Of a stretch of DNA of 24,575 nucleotides, positions 8,161 through 16,568 are shown piece after piece. Position 1 is the stretch's first letter; every line of letters begins with the position of its first letter. The translations under genes and the position numbers were made by a program. Location: positions 62,001 to 86,575 of the forward strand of contig JAYUUN010000111.1 of assembly GCA_043754535.1 (NCBI GenBank), given 5' to 3'. The stretch comes from Chloroflexota bacterium (GTDB lineage Bacteria > Chloroflexota > Chloroflexia > QHBQ01). The notes below the pieces were generated by a model. The model had not been told where the DNA came from. It ran no database searches and saw nothing but the letters and a program-made list of their open reading frames with translations.

Positions 8161-9255
8161 TCACAACCGCTTGCCGAGCCGCTCCAACGCAGTGGCTGCA
8201 ACGCTAGCAACGCTGCGGCCAAAGACAGTGCGCCGGTCGTGCAGCAGGGCGCGCAGGGGATTGGTCGCCTCTGTGCTGTTGCTAGCCACAAGGTACTGGG
8301 TGGCGTAAACACGGCTGGCTGGGTCATCTACTTGCAGTGTGCCAATCATCGCAGCGACTATTGTGGGGTTGTCAAGGAAGTGAGTGAGGGCCACGAGGCT
8401 GGCCCGGCGCACGGTCAGGCTCTCGTCGTGGGCGGCTACCTTGAGTAGAGCGGAGAGGGTAGCTGGGTCGGCGATCTGGCCGAGGCTGGTAGCAGCCGCA
8501 GCCCGCACCCAGGCGTGGTCGTCGGCCAGGGCAACCAGGAGCGGCAACCCCGCTTGAGGGTCAGCGATCTGGCCGAGGGCTTCAGCGGCACTTTGGCGCA
8601 CGCCGCTGTCAGGGTCGCGCAGCAGGCGGCGGAGGTCGCTGGCAGCGGTAGTATCACGCAGCCCAGCGAGAGTGGCAGCGGCAGTGCGCCGCCCAAGCGG
8701 GTTGCTGGCGCGCAAGAGCAGGCGTAGGTGGGCGGCGGTGGTTTGGTCGGCCAGGGCAATGAGGGCGGTGCTGGCCGCATAGCGTACTGCTGCGTGGGGG
8801 TCACTGATTAGGGCAAGAAGGGCAAGGCGGAGGCTGGTAGCGTGGTTGTTGACTAGGCTGGCAGGGGAGAGGCTGGCGGCCAACTCTGTCGCTTGCCAGC
8901 GTTCTGCGTCGCCTGCTTGCAGGGCGGCTAGCAGTTCGACCAGCAGCCTCTCCTGCCACTCCCCGTCCTGGAGCAGGCTGGCGACCTGCCAGCGCACAGC
9001 CAGGCTGGGATCATCCTCCAGTTCAACAAGGGCAGCAGCTACTACGGTATCCGTCATGGTCTCTGCCAGCATCGCCACCGCACTCGCCCGTACTTGCCAA
9101 TGGGGGCTGTGCAAGGCGGCTAGCAGTGTTTCACGTGCAACATCGTTGCCTGCTAGGTCAGCGGCGGTTGGTAGGCTAGCTAGCTCCTCATCGAGGGCGA
9201 TGGTGGAGTCATCACCTGTCTGCCGCCTGCCAAAGAAGTTGGGGATGATTGGCAT
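8161..9255 (-). CDS. HEAT-repeat (PBS lyase-like) protein
   Basis: Repeated LxDxxxxVRxxAAxALG units (DPHAAVRYAASTAL, DPDSGVRQSAAEALGQI, DDHAWVRAAAATSLGQI). Start set at ATG 9255, after GGTGGA. Confidence 0.85.
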   Translation of the reverse strand: MPIIPNFFGRRQTGDDSTIALDEELASLPTAADLAGNDVARETLLAALHSPHWQVRASAVAMLAETMTDTVVAAALVELEDDPSLAVRWQVASLLQDGEWQERLLVELLAALQAGDAERWQATELAASLSPASLVNNHATSLRLALLALISDPHAAVRYAASTALIALADQTTAAHLRLLLRASNPLGRRTAAATLAGLRDTTAASDLRRLLRDPDSGVRQSAAEALGQIADPQAGLPLLVALADDHAWVRAAAATSLGQIADPATLSALLKVAAHDESLTVRRASLVALTHFLDNPTIVAAMIGTLQVDDPASRVYATQYLVASNSTEATNPLRALLHDRRTVFGRSVASVAATALERLGKRL

Positions 9256-9286
9256 CGTTAATCCACCCATTGCTGCGGCGTGCTGC

Positions 9287-9445
9287 TCAGGCAGCAGTGG
9301 CCTGCTCTGGCTTGTCCAGCTCAATTTCTACCACCTCGTCATCAAACTCATCGTCGTAGAACTCCTCCTCGTTCAGGCGGCCCCAGAGCCAACCCACCAG
9401 CAGGCCAACAGCAGCCCCGATCAAGAAACGGGCGATTATCTTCAT
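9287..9445 (-). CDS. Small single-TM protein with acidic tail (52 aa, YtxH-like N-terminus)
   Basis: MKIIARFLIGAAVGLLVGWLWGRLNEEEFYDDEFDDEVVEIELDKPEQATAA. SD AAGGAG and a promoter lie directly upstream. Confidence 0.7.
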   Translation of the reverse strand: MKIIARFLIGAAVGLLVGWLWGRLNEEEFYDDEFDDEVVEIELDKPEQATAA

Positions 9446-9480
9446 TTGGTCACTCCTTACGTGCAATCTCATCGCGCAGC

Positions 9481-9539
9481 CTATTATAGCACGCCCACTC
9501 GTGGCACACAAGCACAGTTGGCGGCACGTGCTATAATAG
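9481..9539. promoter_or_regulatory. Back-to-back divergent extended -10 promoters
   Basis: CTATTATAGCACG (9481-9493) and CGTGCTATAATAG (9527-9539) form a perfect 13-bp inverted repeat, and each arm reads TGcTATAAT outward. Confidence 0.65.
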
Positions 9540-9563
9540 CCAAACACTTGAGAGGAGACGAAC

Positions 9564-9986
9564 ATGAGTACGGTAAGCAAGAGCATCGAAGTCACCGCCC
9601 CGCTGGGCGCAGTGGCAGCCTACATTAGCGACCTGAACCACATCACCACCTACATCCCCGACGTGCATGAGGTTAGCAACATCCAGCACACCAGCAGCGA
9701 GACATTGCTTGGTAGCAGTGCCACCTTCCGCATGAGCATTGCTGGCATGGAGCAGTCATTGCCGCTGATTATCGACCGCTATGAGGTAGGCGCACCGACC
9801 TACATCCGCCTCAGCAATGAGGGGGAGGGTATATACATCGAACTGCGAGTTGACCCCAGCGGTGAGGAGCAAAGCACAGTACAGGTGGCTCTTAGTGCGC
9901 AAGTTGCGAGCTTCCTACTAAACATAATGTTCGGGGGTACGCTTGAACGCGGTCTGCACACCCTCAAAACGATCATGGAGGGTTGA
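9564..9986 (+). CDS. SRPBCC / polyketide cyclase-dehydrase (START-fold) protein
   Basis: N-terminus SKSIEVTAPLGAVAAYISDLNHITTYIP and C-terminal helix LERGLHTLKTIME are typical of the fold. SD GAGGAG. Confidence 0.75.
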   Translation: MSTVSKSIEVTAPLGAVAAYISDLNHITTYIPDVHEVSNIQHTSSETLLGSSATFRMSIAGMEQSLPLIIDRYEVGAPTYIRLSNEGEGIYIELRVDPSGEEQSTVQVALSAQVASFLLNIMFGGTLERGLHTLKTIMEG

Positions 9987-9999
9987 AGGGGCAAGCAGA

Positions 10000-10135
10000 T
10001 GTTGCACGTGGAACAGTATTTGGCGAACCAACACTACCTATGTTCCACGTGCAACATTGGTTGACGAACTAGCGGCCCTATGTTCCACGTGCAACATCTG
10101 CTTGCCGACAAGAGGGGAGTGTTCCACGTGGAACA
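10000..10135. repeat. parS: parS centromere cluster 1: four 16-bp ParB-binding palindromes
   Basis: TGTTGCACGTGGAACA 10000-10015; TGTTCCACGTGCAACA 10041-10056 and 10081-10096; TGTTCCACGTGGAACA 10120-10135. All closely match the widespread parS consensus TGTTNCACGTGAAACA. Confidence 0.88.
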
Positions 10136-10156
10136 CTCCCCTTACGCTAGCTCCCA

Positions 10157-10969
10157 TCAGTCAACTGTGGTGCCAAAGATCATTAGCGGGCTAGTGTCGG
10201 TGAAAGGATCGCCGTAGTAGCTGCCCCAGCGTTCACTGATCGTCAGGCCTGCAGCAGTGAGCAGCAGTTCTAGTTCGCGGGGGAAGTAGGTATGGCTGTC
10301 GAAAGTGGCAACTGACTTGTGACTGTGGCCGTCCTCCAGGTACTGCTCGTAGACGAAGGTGATGCGTTCGCGCTGACTATCGGGCGTGTACTGGCGGGTA
10401 ATATAGCGCAGCAGACGGCTAACCCCCACTGTGGGGCTGCTCAGGTCGAGGTCGAGACGCATGATAGTGGGTGGCTTGCTCTCGGCCAACTGCACGATGT
10501 TGGGGTGGAACACATCCACCACGAAATGACCACCCGGCGCGAGGCAGGCAGCCGCGTTGCGAAAGGTAGAGATTTGGTTTCTGATATCGTGGATGTGGGC
10601 CATTGAGTTGTAGGGAACGTAGATCAGGTCGTATGAGCCGCCCGCATCGTCGGTACAGAAGCTGGTCATGTCGCCAACTAGCAGGCGCACACGCTGCTGC
10701 ACCTCCACCCACTCGCCCGCTAGCTTCTCCTGCGCCTTAGCGATCATTGGGGCCGAAGCGTCGAGACCAGTGAACTGGTACTCGTTGCCGCTGAAGTGGC
10801 GGGCAAGGTGCAGGAGGATGCGCCCAGTGCCAACCGCCAGTTCTAGCACTCGCTTTGCCTGGTACTGCTCAACAACCCGCTGCCAGAAGCCAAGATCGTC
10901 CCGCGACTCCTTGTTCTCCAACTCGTAGAGCCAGGTGTCGCTGTACATTACCGCTGCGTCACTATCCAT
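10157..10969 (-). CDS. Class I SAM-dependent methyltransferase
   Basis: Motif I VLELAVGTGR, plus GLDASAPMI, LVGDMTSF, YDLIY and CLAPGGHFVVDV. Confidence 0.88.
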   Translation of the reverse strand: MDSDAAVMYSDTWLYELENKESRDDLGFWQRVVEQYQAKRVLELAVGTGRILLHLARHFSGNEYQFTGLDASAPMIAKAQEKLAGEWVEVQQRVRLLVGDMTSFCTDDAGGSYDLIYVPYNSMAHIHDIRNQISTFRNAAACLAPGGHFVVDVFHPNIVQLAESKPPTIMRLDLDLSSPTVGVSRLLRYITRQYTPDSQRERITFVYEQYLEDGHSHKSVATFDSHTYFPRELELLLTAAGLTISERWGSYYGDPFTDTSPLMIFGTTVD

Positions 10970-10989
10970 CTACTGCTACCCCCCTGTTT

Positions 10990-11047
10990 TGTTTCACGTG
11001 GAACGTGGCGAGCAGAGCAGAAGGAAGGTTATGTTCCACGTGGAACA
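10990..11047. repeat. parS: parS centromere cluster 2: two palindromes
   Basis: TGTTTCACGTGGAACG 10990-11005 and TGTTCCACGTGGAACA 11032-11047. Confidence 0.85.
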
Positions 11048-11109
11048 CCAATCTCTCGCCCTACTTGCCTAATACCCTTTATCATGCAAGATTTGGGCCA
11101 TTTCTGGCC

Positions 11110-11138
11110 TTGCACATTTCGGCTAGAAGGGGTATCCT
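11110..11138 (+). promoter_or_regulatory. Sigma70-type promoter for the glycoside hydrolase gene
   Basis: TTGCAC (11110-11115), 17 nt, TATCCT (11133-11138). Confidence 0.55.
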
Positions 11139-11207
11139 AGTGGTTGGCTGAAGGGTTTGCGCCCTGGCTACCTACTACTTACAGAAACCAAAGGAGGAAG
11201 TGCTATC

Positions 11208-12719
11208 TTGCGAACAACGATCAAGGCACGCACGCTACTGCTCACCCTGCTGCTACTGCTGCTCAGTGGGCCGCTGGCGGGCCGCAGCTTTGCCCAAACT
11301 AGCAACGGTGGCGGAGTGCCGCCTGCCAATACGCTCAACCCTTTCGGGGTCAACCTGCTGCTCGACACCGAGGTGGAGGCGGTCAAGGTGGAGCGAACCA
11401 TCTTCCTGGCCGCTGACGCGAACATGGGCTGGATCAAGCAGGAGTTTCCCTGGCAGGATATTGAGATTAACGCAAAGGGCGACTTCAACGACACTCGCGG
11501 GGGCGGCAGCAAAAGTGCGTGGGACAAGTATGACCGCATCGTGGGCTACGCCGAGCAGTACAAACTGAACGTCGTCGCCCGGCTGGACAAGGCTCCTCAG
11601 TGGGCAGGCGGGGTGCCAGGCAATGCTGCTGCTTACTATGACTTCATCGAAGCCTTCATCAAGCACTACAAGGGGCGGATCAAGTACATCCAGGTCTGGA
11701 ACGAGCCGAACCTCAGTGCCGAGTGGTTGAATGGGCAGGTGCCAGACCCCGCTGCCTACACCAGCTACCTGCGTGGTGCCTACCAACGCATCAAGCAGCT
11801 AGACCCCAGCATTATCGTCCTCTCTGCGCCGATGGCCGCCACCACTGAGCCAGAGGGTAGCGTACGGGGGATGAACGAGCTTACCTACTGGCAGGGGATG
11901 TACAAGGCGGGCGCGAAGGATGCGTTCGACGTGGCCTCGGCCAACGCCTACGGCCTTGCTGACGCGCCCGATGTCGCCCCCGACGCAGGCAAGCTCAACT
12001 TTCGCCGCGTAGAGTTGCTCCATCAGGTGATGGAGAACAACGGCGATGGCAACAAGCAAATCTGGTTCAACGAGTACGGCTGGAATGCCAACCCCGGCCC
12101 GCCAAAGTTGAGCCAGGAGCAGACCGACTACTACCGCCAGGTCACGCCAGAGCAGCAGGCTCAATACACAGTGGACGGCATCAAGTATGCCCGCCAGAAC
12201 TGGCCCTGGGCAGGCGTGTTCTTCATCTGGTATCTGCGGCAGGATGGGCAACGCATTGCAGACAACGACGCACAGTTTTACTTCGCCCTCGTCAACCCTG
12301 ACTTCAGCATCAACCCGGTGTACGGTGCGGTGAAGCGGGCGGCAGAGCAGTTCAAGGCCAATGCAGCCGCGCCAGCTACACCGGTGCCAGCCACCTTTGC
12401 CCCCACCCCAACCGGTGCGCCCCTACCAACCAGCACCTCTGGTAGTGGTGGCGGCATCCTCGAACCGACGGTGACGAATGCACCACCTGCTGCTTCCTCA
12501 CCAACCAGCCCTGCCGCTGCCATACCCAGTATTGTAGCTGGGGCCACTGCCACCAGCACAGCGGCCCCAGCTAGCGGTAACGCCGACAGCGGCAACAACG
12601 GCCTTGTGCTGATCATCCTCGTGGTGGTCGCGGCAGTTGCCCTGGTTGGTGGAGTCGCCTTTTTCCTGCGTGGTGGGGGCGGCAACGCCGGCAGCAACGG
12701 GGGTAATGCCCGCCTCTAG
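11208..12719 (+). CDS. Secreted, C-terminally membrane-anchored clan GH-A glycoside hydrolase (GH5/GH39-like)
   Basis: Signal peptide ending SFA-Q, acid/base VWNEPN, nucleophile WFNEYGW, a Pro/Thr/Ser/Ala linker and a C-terminal TM helix. TTG 11208 follows AAGGAGG. Confidence 0.8.
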   Translation: MRTTIKARTLLLTLLLLLLSGPLAGRSFAQTSNGGGVPPANTLNPFGVNLLLDTEVEAVKVERTIFLAADANMGWIKQEFPWQDIEINAKGDFNDTRGGGSKSAWDKYDRIVGYAEQYKLNVVARLDKAPQWAGGVPGNAAAYYDFIEAFIKHYKGRIKYIQVWNEPNLSAEWLNGQVPDPAAYTSYLRGAYQRIKQLDPSIIVLSAPMAATTEPEGSVRGMNELTYWQGMYKAGAKDAFDVASANAYGLADAPDVAPDAGKLNFRRVELLHQVMENNGDGNKQIWFNEYGWNANPGPPKLSQEQTDYYRQVTPEQQAQYTVDGIKYARQNWPWAGVFFIWYLRQDGQRIADNDAQFYFALVNPDFSINPVYGAVKRAAEQFKANAAAPATPVPATFAPTPTGAPLPTSTSGSGGGILEPTVTNAPPAASSPTSPAAAIPSIVAGATATSTAAPASGNADSGNNGLVLIILVVVAAVALVGGVAFFLRGGGGNAGSNGGNARL

Positions 12720-12800
12720 GCTACAAATCACACTTGGACTTGAGGGCTGGCCTTGTAGTGCAGCCCTTCTCCTTTGCCAGATTGCAGAACATTTGTTTTG

Positions 12801-12830
12801 TTGACAAGGCCGCTGCCTGCATCCTATAAT
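12801..12830 (+). promoter_or_regulatory. Consensus sigma70 promoter for rpe (leaderless)
   Basis: TTGACA (12801-12806), 18 nt, TATAAT (12825-12830). The ATG is 6 nt downstream and there is no SD. Confidence 0.75.
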
Positions 12831-12836
12831 AGTGGC

Positions 12837-13544
12837 ATGAGCAACGGCTACCAGATAAAGATCGCCCCTTCGATCCTCGCTGCTGACTTCGCAGAGATCG
12901 GAGCTGAAGTGGCGCGGGCCGAGGCTGGCGGCGCAGACTATCTGCACGTGGACATCATGGATGGTGAGTTCGTGCCAAACATCACCTTCGGCCCTCAGAT
13001 GGTAGCCGCCATCCGCGCCCACACCCACCTGCCGCTCGATATCCACCTGATGATCGTCCGCCCCGAACGCTACCTGCGCGACTTCGCTGAGGCTGGCGGC
13101 GACATCCTCAATATCCACGCCGAGGCCACCAACCATCTGCACCGTGCCGTGCAGCAAATCCACGACCTCGGCAAGCGAGCGGGCGTGACGATCAACCCGG
13201 CTACGCCCGTTGCCACACTGGAGGAGATCATCCCCTACGTTGACTTGGTGTTGGTGATGAGCGTCAACCCAGGCTTCGGCGGCCAGAGCTTCATCCCCAC
13301 CAGCTTGCGGAAGATCGCCCACCTGCGCCAGATGATCGACAGTTGCGAACCGCAGACCCCCAGCGGCCAGCGTGCCGACCTGGAGGTAGATGGTGGGGTC
13401 AAGCTGAGCAACATCCTTGCCTGCGCCGAGGCCGGGGCGAACGTGCTGGTGGCTGGCTCGGCTGTCTACAACCAGCAGCAGAGTGTGGCCGAGGCGATTA
13501 GCCAGCTACGTGCAGCGGTCAACGGCGACCAACCTCCTCATTAG
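12837..13544 (+). CDS. rpe: Ribulose-phosphate 3-epimerase
   Basis: Motifs IAPSILAADF, LHVDIMDGEFVPNITFG, DIHLMI, VMSVNPGFGGQSFI, EVDGGV and VAGSAVY. Confidence 0.96.
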   Translation: MSNGYQIKIAPSILAADFAEIGAEVARAEAGGADYLHVDIMDGEFVPNITFGPQMVAAIRAHTHLPLDIHLMIVRPERYLRDFAEAGGDILNIHAEATNHLHRAVQQIHDLGKRAGVTINPATPVATLEEIIPYVDLVLVMSVNPGFGGQSFIPTSLRKIAHLRQMIDSCEPQTPSGQRADLEVDGGVKLSNILACAEAGANVLVAGSAVYNQQQSVAEAISQLRAAVNGDQPPH

Positions 13545-13553
13545 GCAAATACG

Positions 13554-14402
13554 ATGCAGCCAACGGCCACCACCCTCCGTCCACTGGACCCCACCGACGA
13601 AGCTGACCTCCGCCGCCTGCTTACCCCTGCGCCCGCTGCCAACCTCTTTCAGCTAGCCCGCCTGCGCGAACATGGCCTTAGCAGCACGGATGCCCCCGAT
13701 ACGCTGCGCTCTTGGGGAGCATATCGCAGCCGGGGGCTGGTCGCTGAAGTGACCACCTACAACAACAGCCTGGCCCTCTACTGCCCCGACCCTACCGACT
13801 TGCCAGCCCTTGTCGAGCAGGTACTCTCCCTACGCCCCAGCGTAGTGAGCGGCATCCGTGAGCAGGTGGAGCCGCTAGTCACAGCTCTTGGCTCCACAGC
13901 AGTGCTGGGCCGCGACCGCTGTACCCTCTGCGCGGTTGGGCCAGACAGCGAACTGCGCTTCAGCCTGCCCAACCCTAACCTACCTACCCCACGCCTTGCT
14001 GTCCTCTCTGACATCGAGATGCTGGTGGATTTCTATCAGCACAACTTCTACACGCTGACCCAGCTACCCAACCGCCTGCTCTGGCGGCAGCGGTTGCTCA
14101 ACCAACTGCTCAAACGTGACACAATGATCATTGTGGTCAAAGGGCAGGTAGTGGCTGCGGCTCAATGCAGCGCAGAGACAGAAGACCATGCGATGATCGG
14201 TGGAGTAGCGACCCTCAATCAGCAGCGGGGGCGGGGCTATGCTGCTGCCTGTGTGGCTGCGCTCTGCGCCCACCTGCTCAGCAAGGGGGTACAGCGCGTT
14301 TGCCTGTTCTACCTCAGCAGCAATGAACCAGCCGCAGCCCTCTACCGTAGACTCGGCTTCGCCCCCTTCGGCGAGTGGCAGATTTGCAGGCTGGGTTTGT
14401 AG
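13554..14402 (+). CDS. GNAT family N-acetyltransferase (C-terminal GNAT domain)
   Basis: Acetyl-CoA motif IGGVATLNQQRGRGYA and NEPAAALYRRLGF. Confidence 0.85.
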   Translation: MQPTATTLRPLDPTDEADLRRLLTPAPAANLFQLARLREHGLSSTDAPDTLRSWGAYRSRGLVAEVTTYNNSLALYCPDPTDLPALVEQVLSLRPSVVSGIREQVEPLVTALGSTAVLGRDRCTLCAVGPDSELRFSLPNPNLPTPRLAVLSDIEMLVDFYQHNFYTLTQLPNRLLWRQRLLNQLLKRDTMIIVVKGQVVAAAQCSAETEDHAMIGGVATLNQQRGRGYAAACVAALCAHLLSKGVQRVCLFYLSSNEPAAALYRRLGFAPFGEWQICRLGL

Positions 14403-14410
14403 CTTGCTGC

Positions 14411-14439
14411 TTGACAGAATCAGCCAAAAGTCGTATCCT
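14411..14439 (+). promoter_or_regulatory. Sigma70 promoter upstream of the rny leader
   Basis: TTGACA (14411-14416), 17 nt, TATCCT (14434-14439). Confidence 0.65.
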
Positions 14440-14743
14440 TAAACAAGGGACAGAATCGCTGTCCTCTGTTCTGCTTTACTGGCCGCTACTTGTGGCAGGC
14501 ATAGCAGAGCCACAGACCTCCGCTCCCCCCTGCTTTAGTTCTAGCCAGCGGAGCGGGATCGCTTGCGTGGGCGCGCTGCAATGCAGCAACCCGGCAGGCC
14601 AGCTTCACCTATCGAATCGAAGGGTCGCTAGCTCTTTGAACGCGATCCTATCAGCCCAACTTTCACAATTCACCCTCTAGGGTGAACTGCGCTGCCACCG
14701 CCTGTGTCGGCGTGAACCTTAACAACCCAATAGGAGGTTCCCT

Positions 14744-16447
14744 ATGTTTATGCTAACATGGCTGTCGGCCTTTGCTGGCGGCCAGGGGAGCAGTCTGCCT
14801 TACATCCTCCTCGCTGATACTGGCTTCGACCTGGGCAGCCTTTTGCTCGGTGTCGTGGGCCTGGTCGTCGGTCTGGTGATCGGTGGCGCACTCTACTACG
14901 TCGCTAGCAACAACGCGAAGACGGCAGCCGCCGCCCAGCAACAGCGACATGGCGATGATGTGCGCCGAGTGGAGGAGGAAATGCGCCGCCTGAAGGAGAG
15001 TCAGGTAGTTGCTCACAAGCAGGCTGAGGAGGAAGCCGTCCGCATCCTGGACAATGCGCGCACCCAACAGAAGCAAATCATCCTTGATGCCAAAGATGAG
15101 GTGCTGAAGATGCGCGAGCAGGTCGAGCAGGAAGCGCGCGAGCGGCGCAACGAAGCACAGCGCATCGAGCGGCGAATGCAGCAGAAAGAGGAGCAGTTTG
15201 ATGCCAAGATCGAGACGCTAGAACGCCGCGACCGTTCGTTGCAGGGCAAGGAGCGCGAAGCCGAGCGCATTCGTGCGGAGATCGACCAGGCTTATACGAT
15301 CAAGCTGCACGAGCTTGAACGGGTGGCGGGCCTGACCGCAGACCAGGCGAAGGCCGAGTTGATCGGGCAGATCGAGCAAGACTACCGCGCCGACGCTGCT
15401 CGCAAAATCCGGGAGATCGAGGCCGATACCCGCGAAGATGCTGATACCCGCGTGCGTGGTATCCTGGCTATCGCCGCCGCCCGCGTCGCTAGCGAGTACG
15501 TACCAGAGATCACCGTCACTACCGTTCCCCTCCCCAACGACGAGATGAAGGGCCGCATCATCGGGCGCGAGGGCCGCAACATCCGCTCGCTCGAACAAGC
15601 CACCGGCGTTGACCTGATCATTGATGATACCCCGGAGGCTGTCACCCTCTCCTGCTTTGACCCCGTGCGCCGCGAAGTGGCCCGCCGCGCCCTGACCAAG
15701 CTGATCCAGGATGGTCGCATTCACCCCGCCCGCATCGAAGACCTCGTTGCTAAATCGTGGACGGAAGTGGAAGCCAACCTGCGCGAGGAAGGCGAACGGG
15801 CCGCCCTCGAAGTCGGCGTGCAAGGTCTGCATCCCGACCTGATCAAGCTGCTCGGTCGCCTGCGCTACCGCTACAGCTACGGCCAGAACCAGCTACAACA
15901 CGCGATAGAAACGTCCATCGTCGCAGGCGCAGTTGCCGCCGAACTCGGTGCCGACGTTAACATCTCCAAGACTGCTGGCCTCTTGCACGACATTGGCAAG
16001 GCAGTTGACCACGAAGTGGAAGGCCCACACGCCCTGATCGGTGCAGACATCGCCAAACGGCTCGGTCGCTCGCCCAAAATCGTCCACGCCATCGCTGCTC
16101 ACCATATGGACGAGGAGCCGACCACCGTCGAAGCCTGGATCGTCATGGCCGCCGATGCGATCTCTGGCGCACGCCCTGGCGCACGCCGCGAGAGTGTCGA
16201 GAACTACATCAAACGTCTAGAGCGGCTGGAGGAAGTCGCTAACTCGTTCGAGGCCGTCGAACGCAGCTTCGCCATCCAGGCGGGCCGCGAAGTCCGCATC
16301 CTGGTCAGGCCTGAGGCACTAGACGACCTGGGCATGGCAAAGCTAGCCCGCGACGTAGTAAAGAAGATCGAGGAGAGCCTTGAGTACCCCGGCCAAATCA
16401 AAGTAACGGTGATCCGCGAAACTCGCGCCACCGACTACGCTCGCTAA
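14744..16447 (+). CDS. rny: Ribonuclease Y
   Basis: N-terminal TM helix and coiled coil, KH motif [18 protein letters not shown] motif [20 protein letters not shown] and [12 protein letters not shown]. Confidence 0.97.
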   Translation: MFMLTWLSAFAGGQGSSLPYILLADTGFDLGSLLLGVVGLVVGLVIGGALYYVASNNAKTAAAAQQQRHGDDVRRVEEEMRRLKESQVVAHKQAEEEAVRILDNARTQQKQIILDAKDEVLKMREQVEQEARERRNEAQRIERRMQQKEEQFDAKIETLERRDRSLQGKEREAERIRAEIDQAYTIKLHELERVAGLTADQAKAELIGQIEQDYRADAARKIREIEADTREDADTRVRGILAIAAARVASEYVPEITVTTVPLPNDEMKGRIIGREGRNIRSLEQATGVDLIIDDTPEAVTLSCFDPVRREVARRALTKLIQDGRIHPARIEDLVAKSWTEVEANLREEGERAALEVGVQGLHPDLIKLLGRLRYRYSYGQNQLQHAIETSIVAGAVAAELGADVNISKTAGLLHDIGKAVDHEVEGPHALIGADIAKRLGRSPKIVHAIAAHHMDEEPTTVEAWIVMAADAISGARPGARRESVENYIKRLERLEEVANSFEAVERSFAIQAGREVRILVRPEALDDLGMAKLARDVVKKIEESLEYPGQIKVTVIRETRATDYAR

Positions 16448-16482
16448 GCTCTCTCCTTGTGAGGGGCAAGGTAGGCACAAGT

Positions 16483-16520
16483 AGAGGAGTTGTGTATAAC
16501 GCACGACTCCTCTTTTTGTT
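16483..16520 (+). terminator. Rho-independent terminator after rny
   Basis: AGAGGAGTTGTGT-ataac-GCACGACTCCTCT (13-bp stem with two G-U pairs) followed by TTTTGTT. Confidence 0.75.
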
Positions 16521-16521
16521 A

Positions 16522-16532
16522 TGTGTTATAAT
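16522..16532 (+). promoter_or_regulatory. Extended -10 promoter for ymdB-spoVS
   Basis: TGTGTTATAAT (TRTGnTATAAT) immediately after the rny terminator. Confidence 0.6.
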
Positions 16533-16568
16533 GGCAGAAATCGTAGAAAAGCTGAGGGAACGGGGCGT

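Noticed and set aside
10000..10135. CRISPR mini-array (regularly spaced palindromic repeats)
   Set aside because: The repeats are only 16 bp and match parS, the 23-25 bp spacers resemble each other, and there are no cas genes in the window.
10498..10512. Seventh parS-like site TGTTGGGGTGGAACA inside the methyltransferase gene
   Set aside because: Only the right half matches; it lacks the CACGTG core and is one base short.
14440..14743. Calling the rny leader a 6S RNA or a known riboswitch
   Set aside because: I could not see the long rod with a central bubble or any recognisable aptamer consensus. It is kept only as an unassigned candidate.
16491..16499. DnaA box TGTGTATAA (TTATACACA) suggesting oriC
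   Set aside because: It is a single copy embedded in the rny terminator stem. I saw no box cluster, AT-rich unwinding element or dif-like site in the window.
1184..16568. ORF-track upstream starts (1184, 7462, 9324, 9595, 11157, 12774, 16521)
   Set aside because: They overlap promoters or neighbouring genes, or lack SD support. Downstream starts fit SD/promoter positions and family N-termini better.
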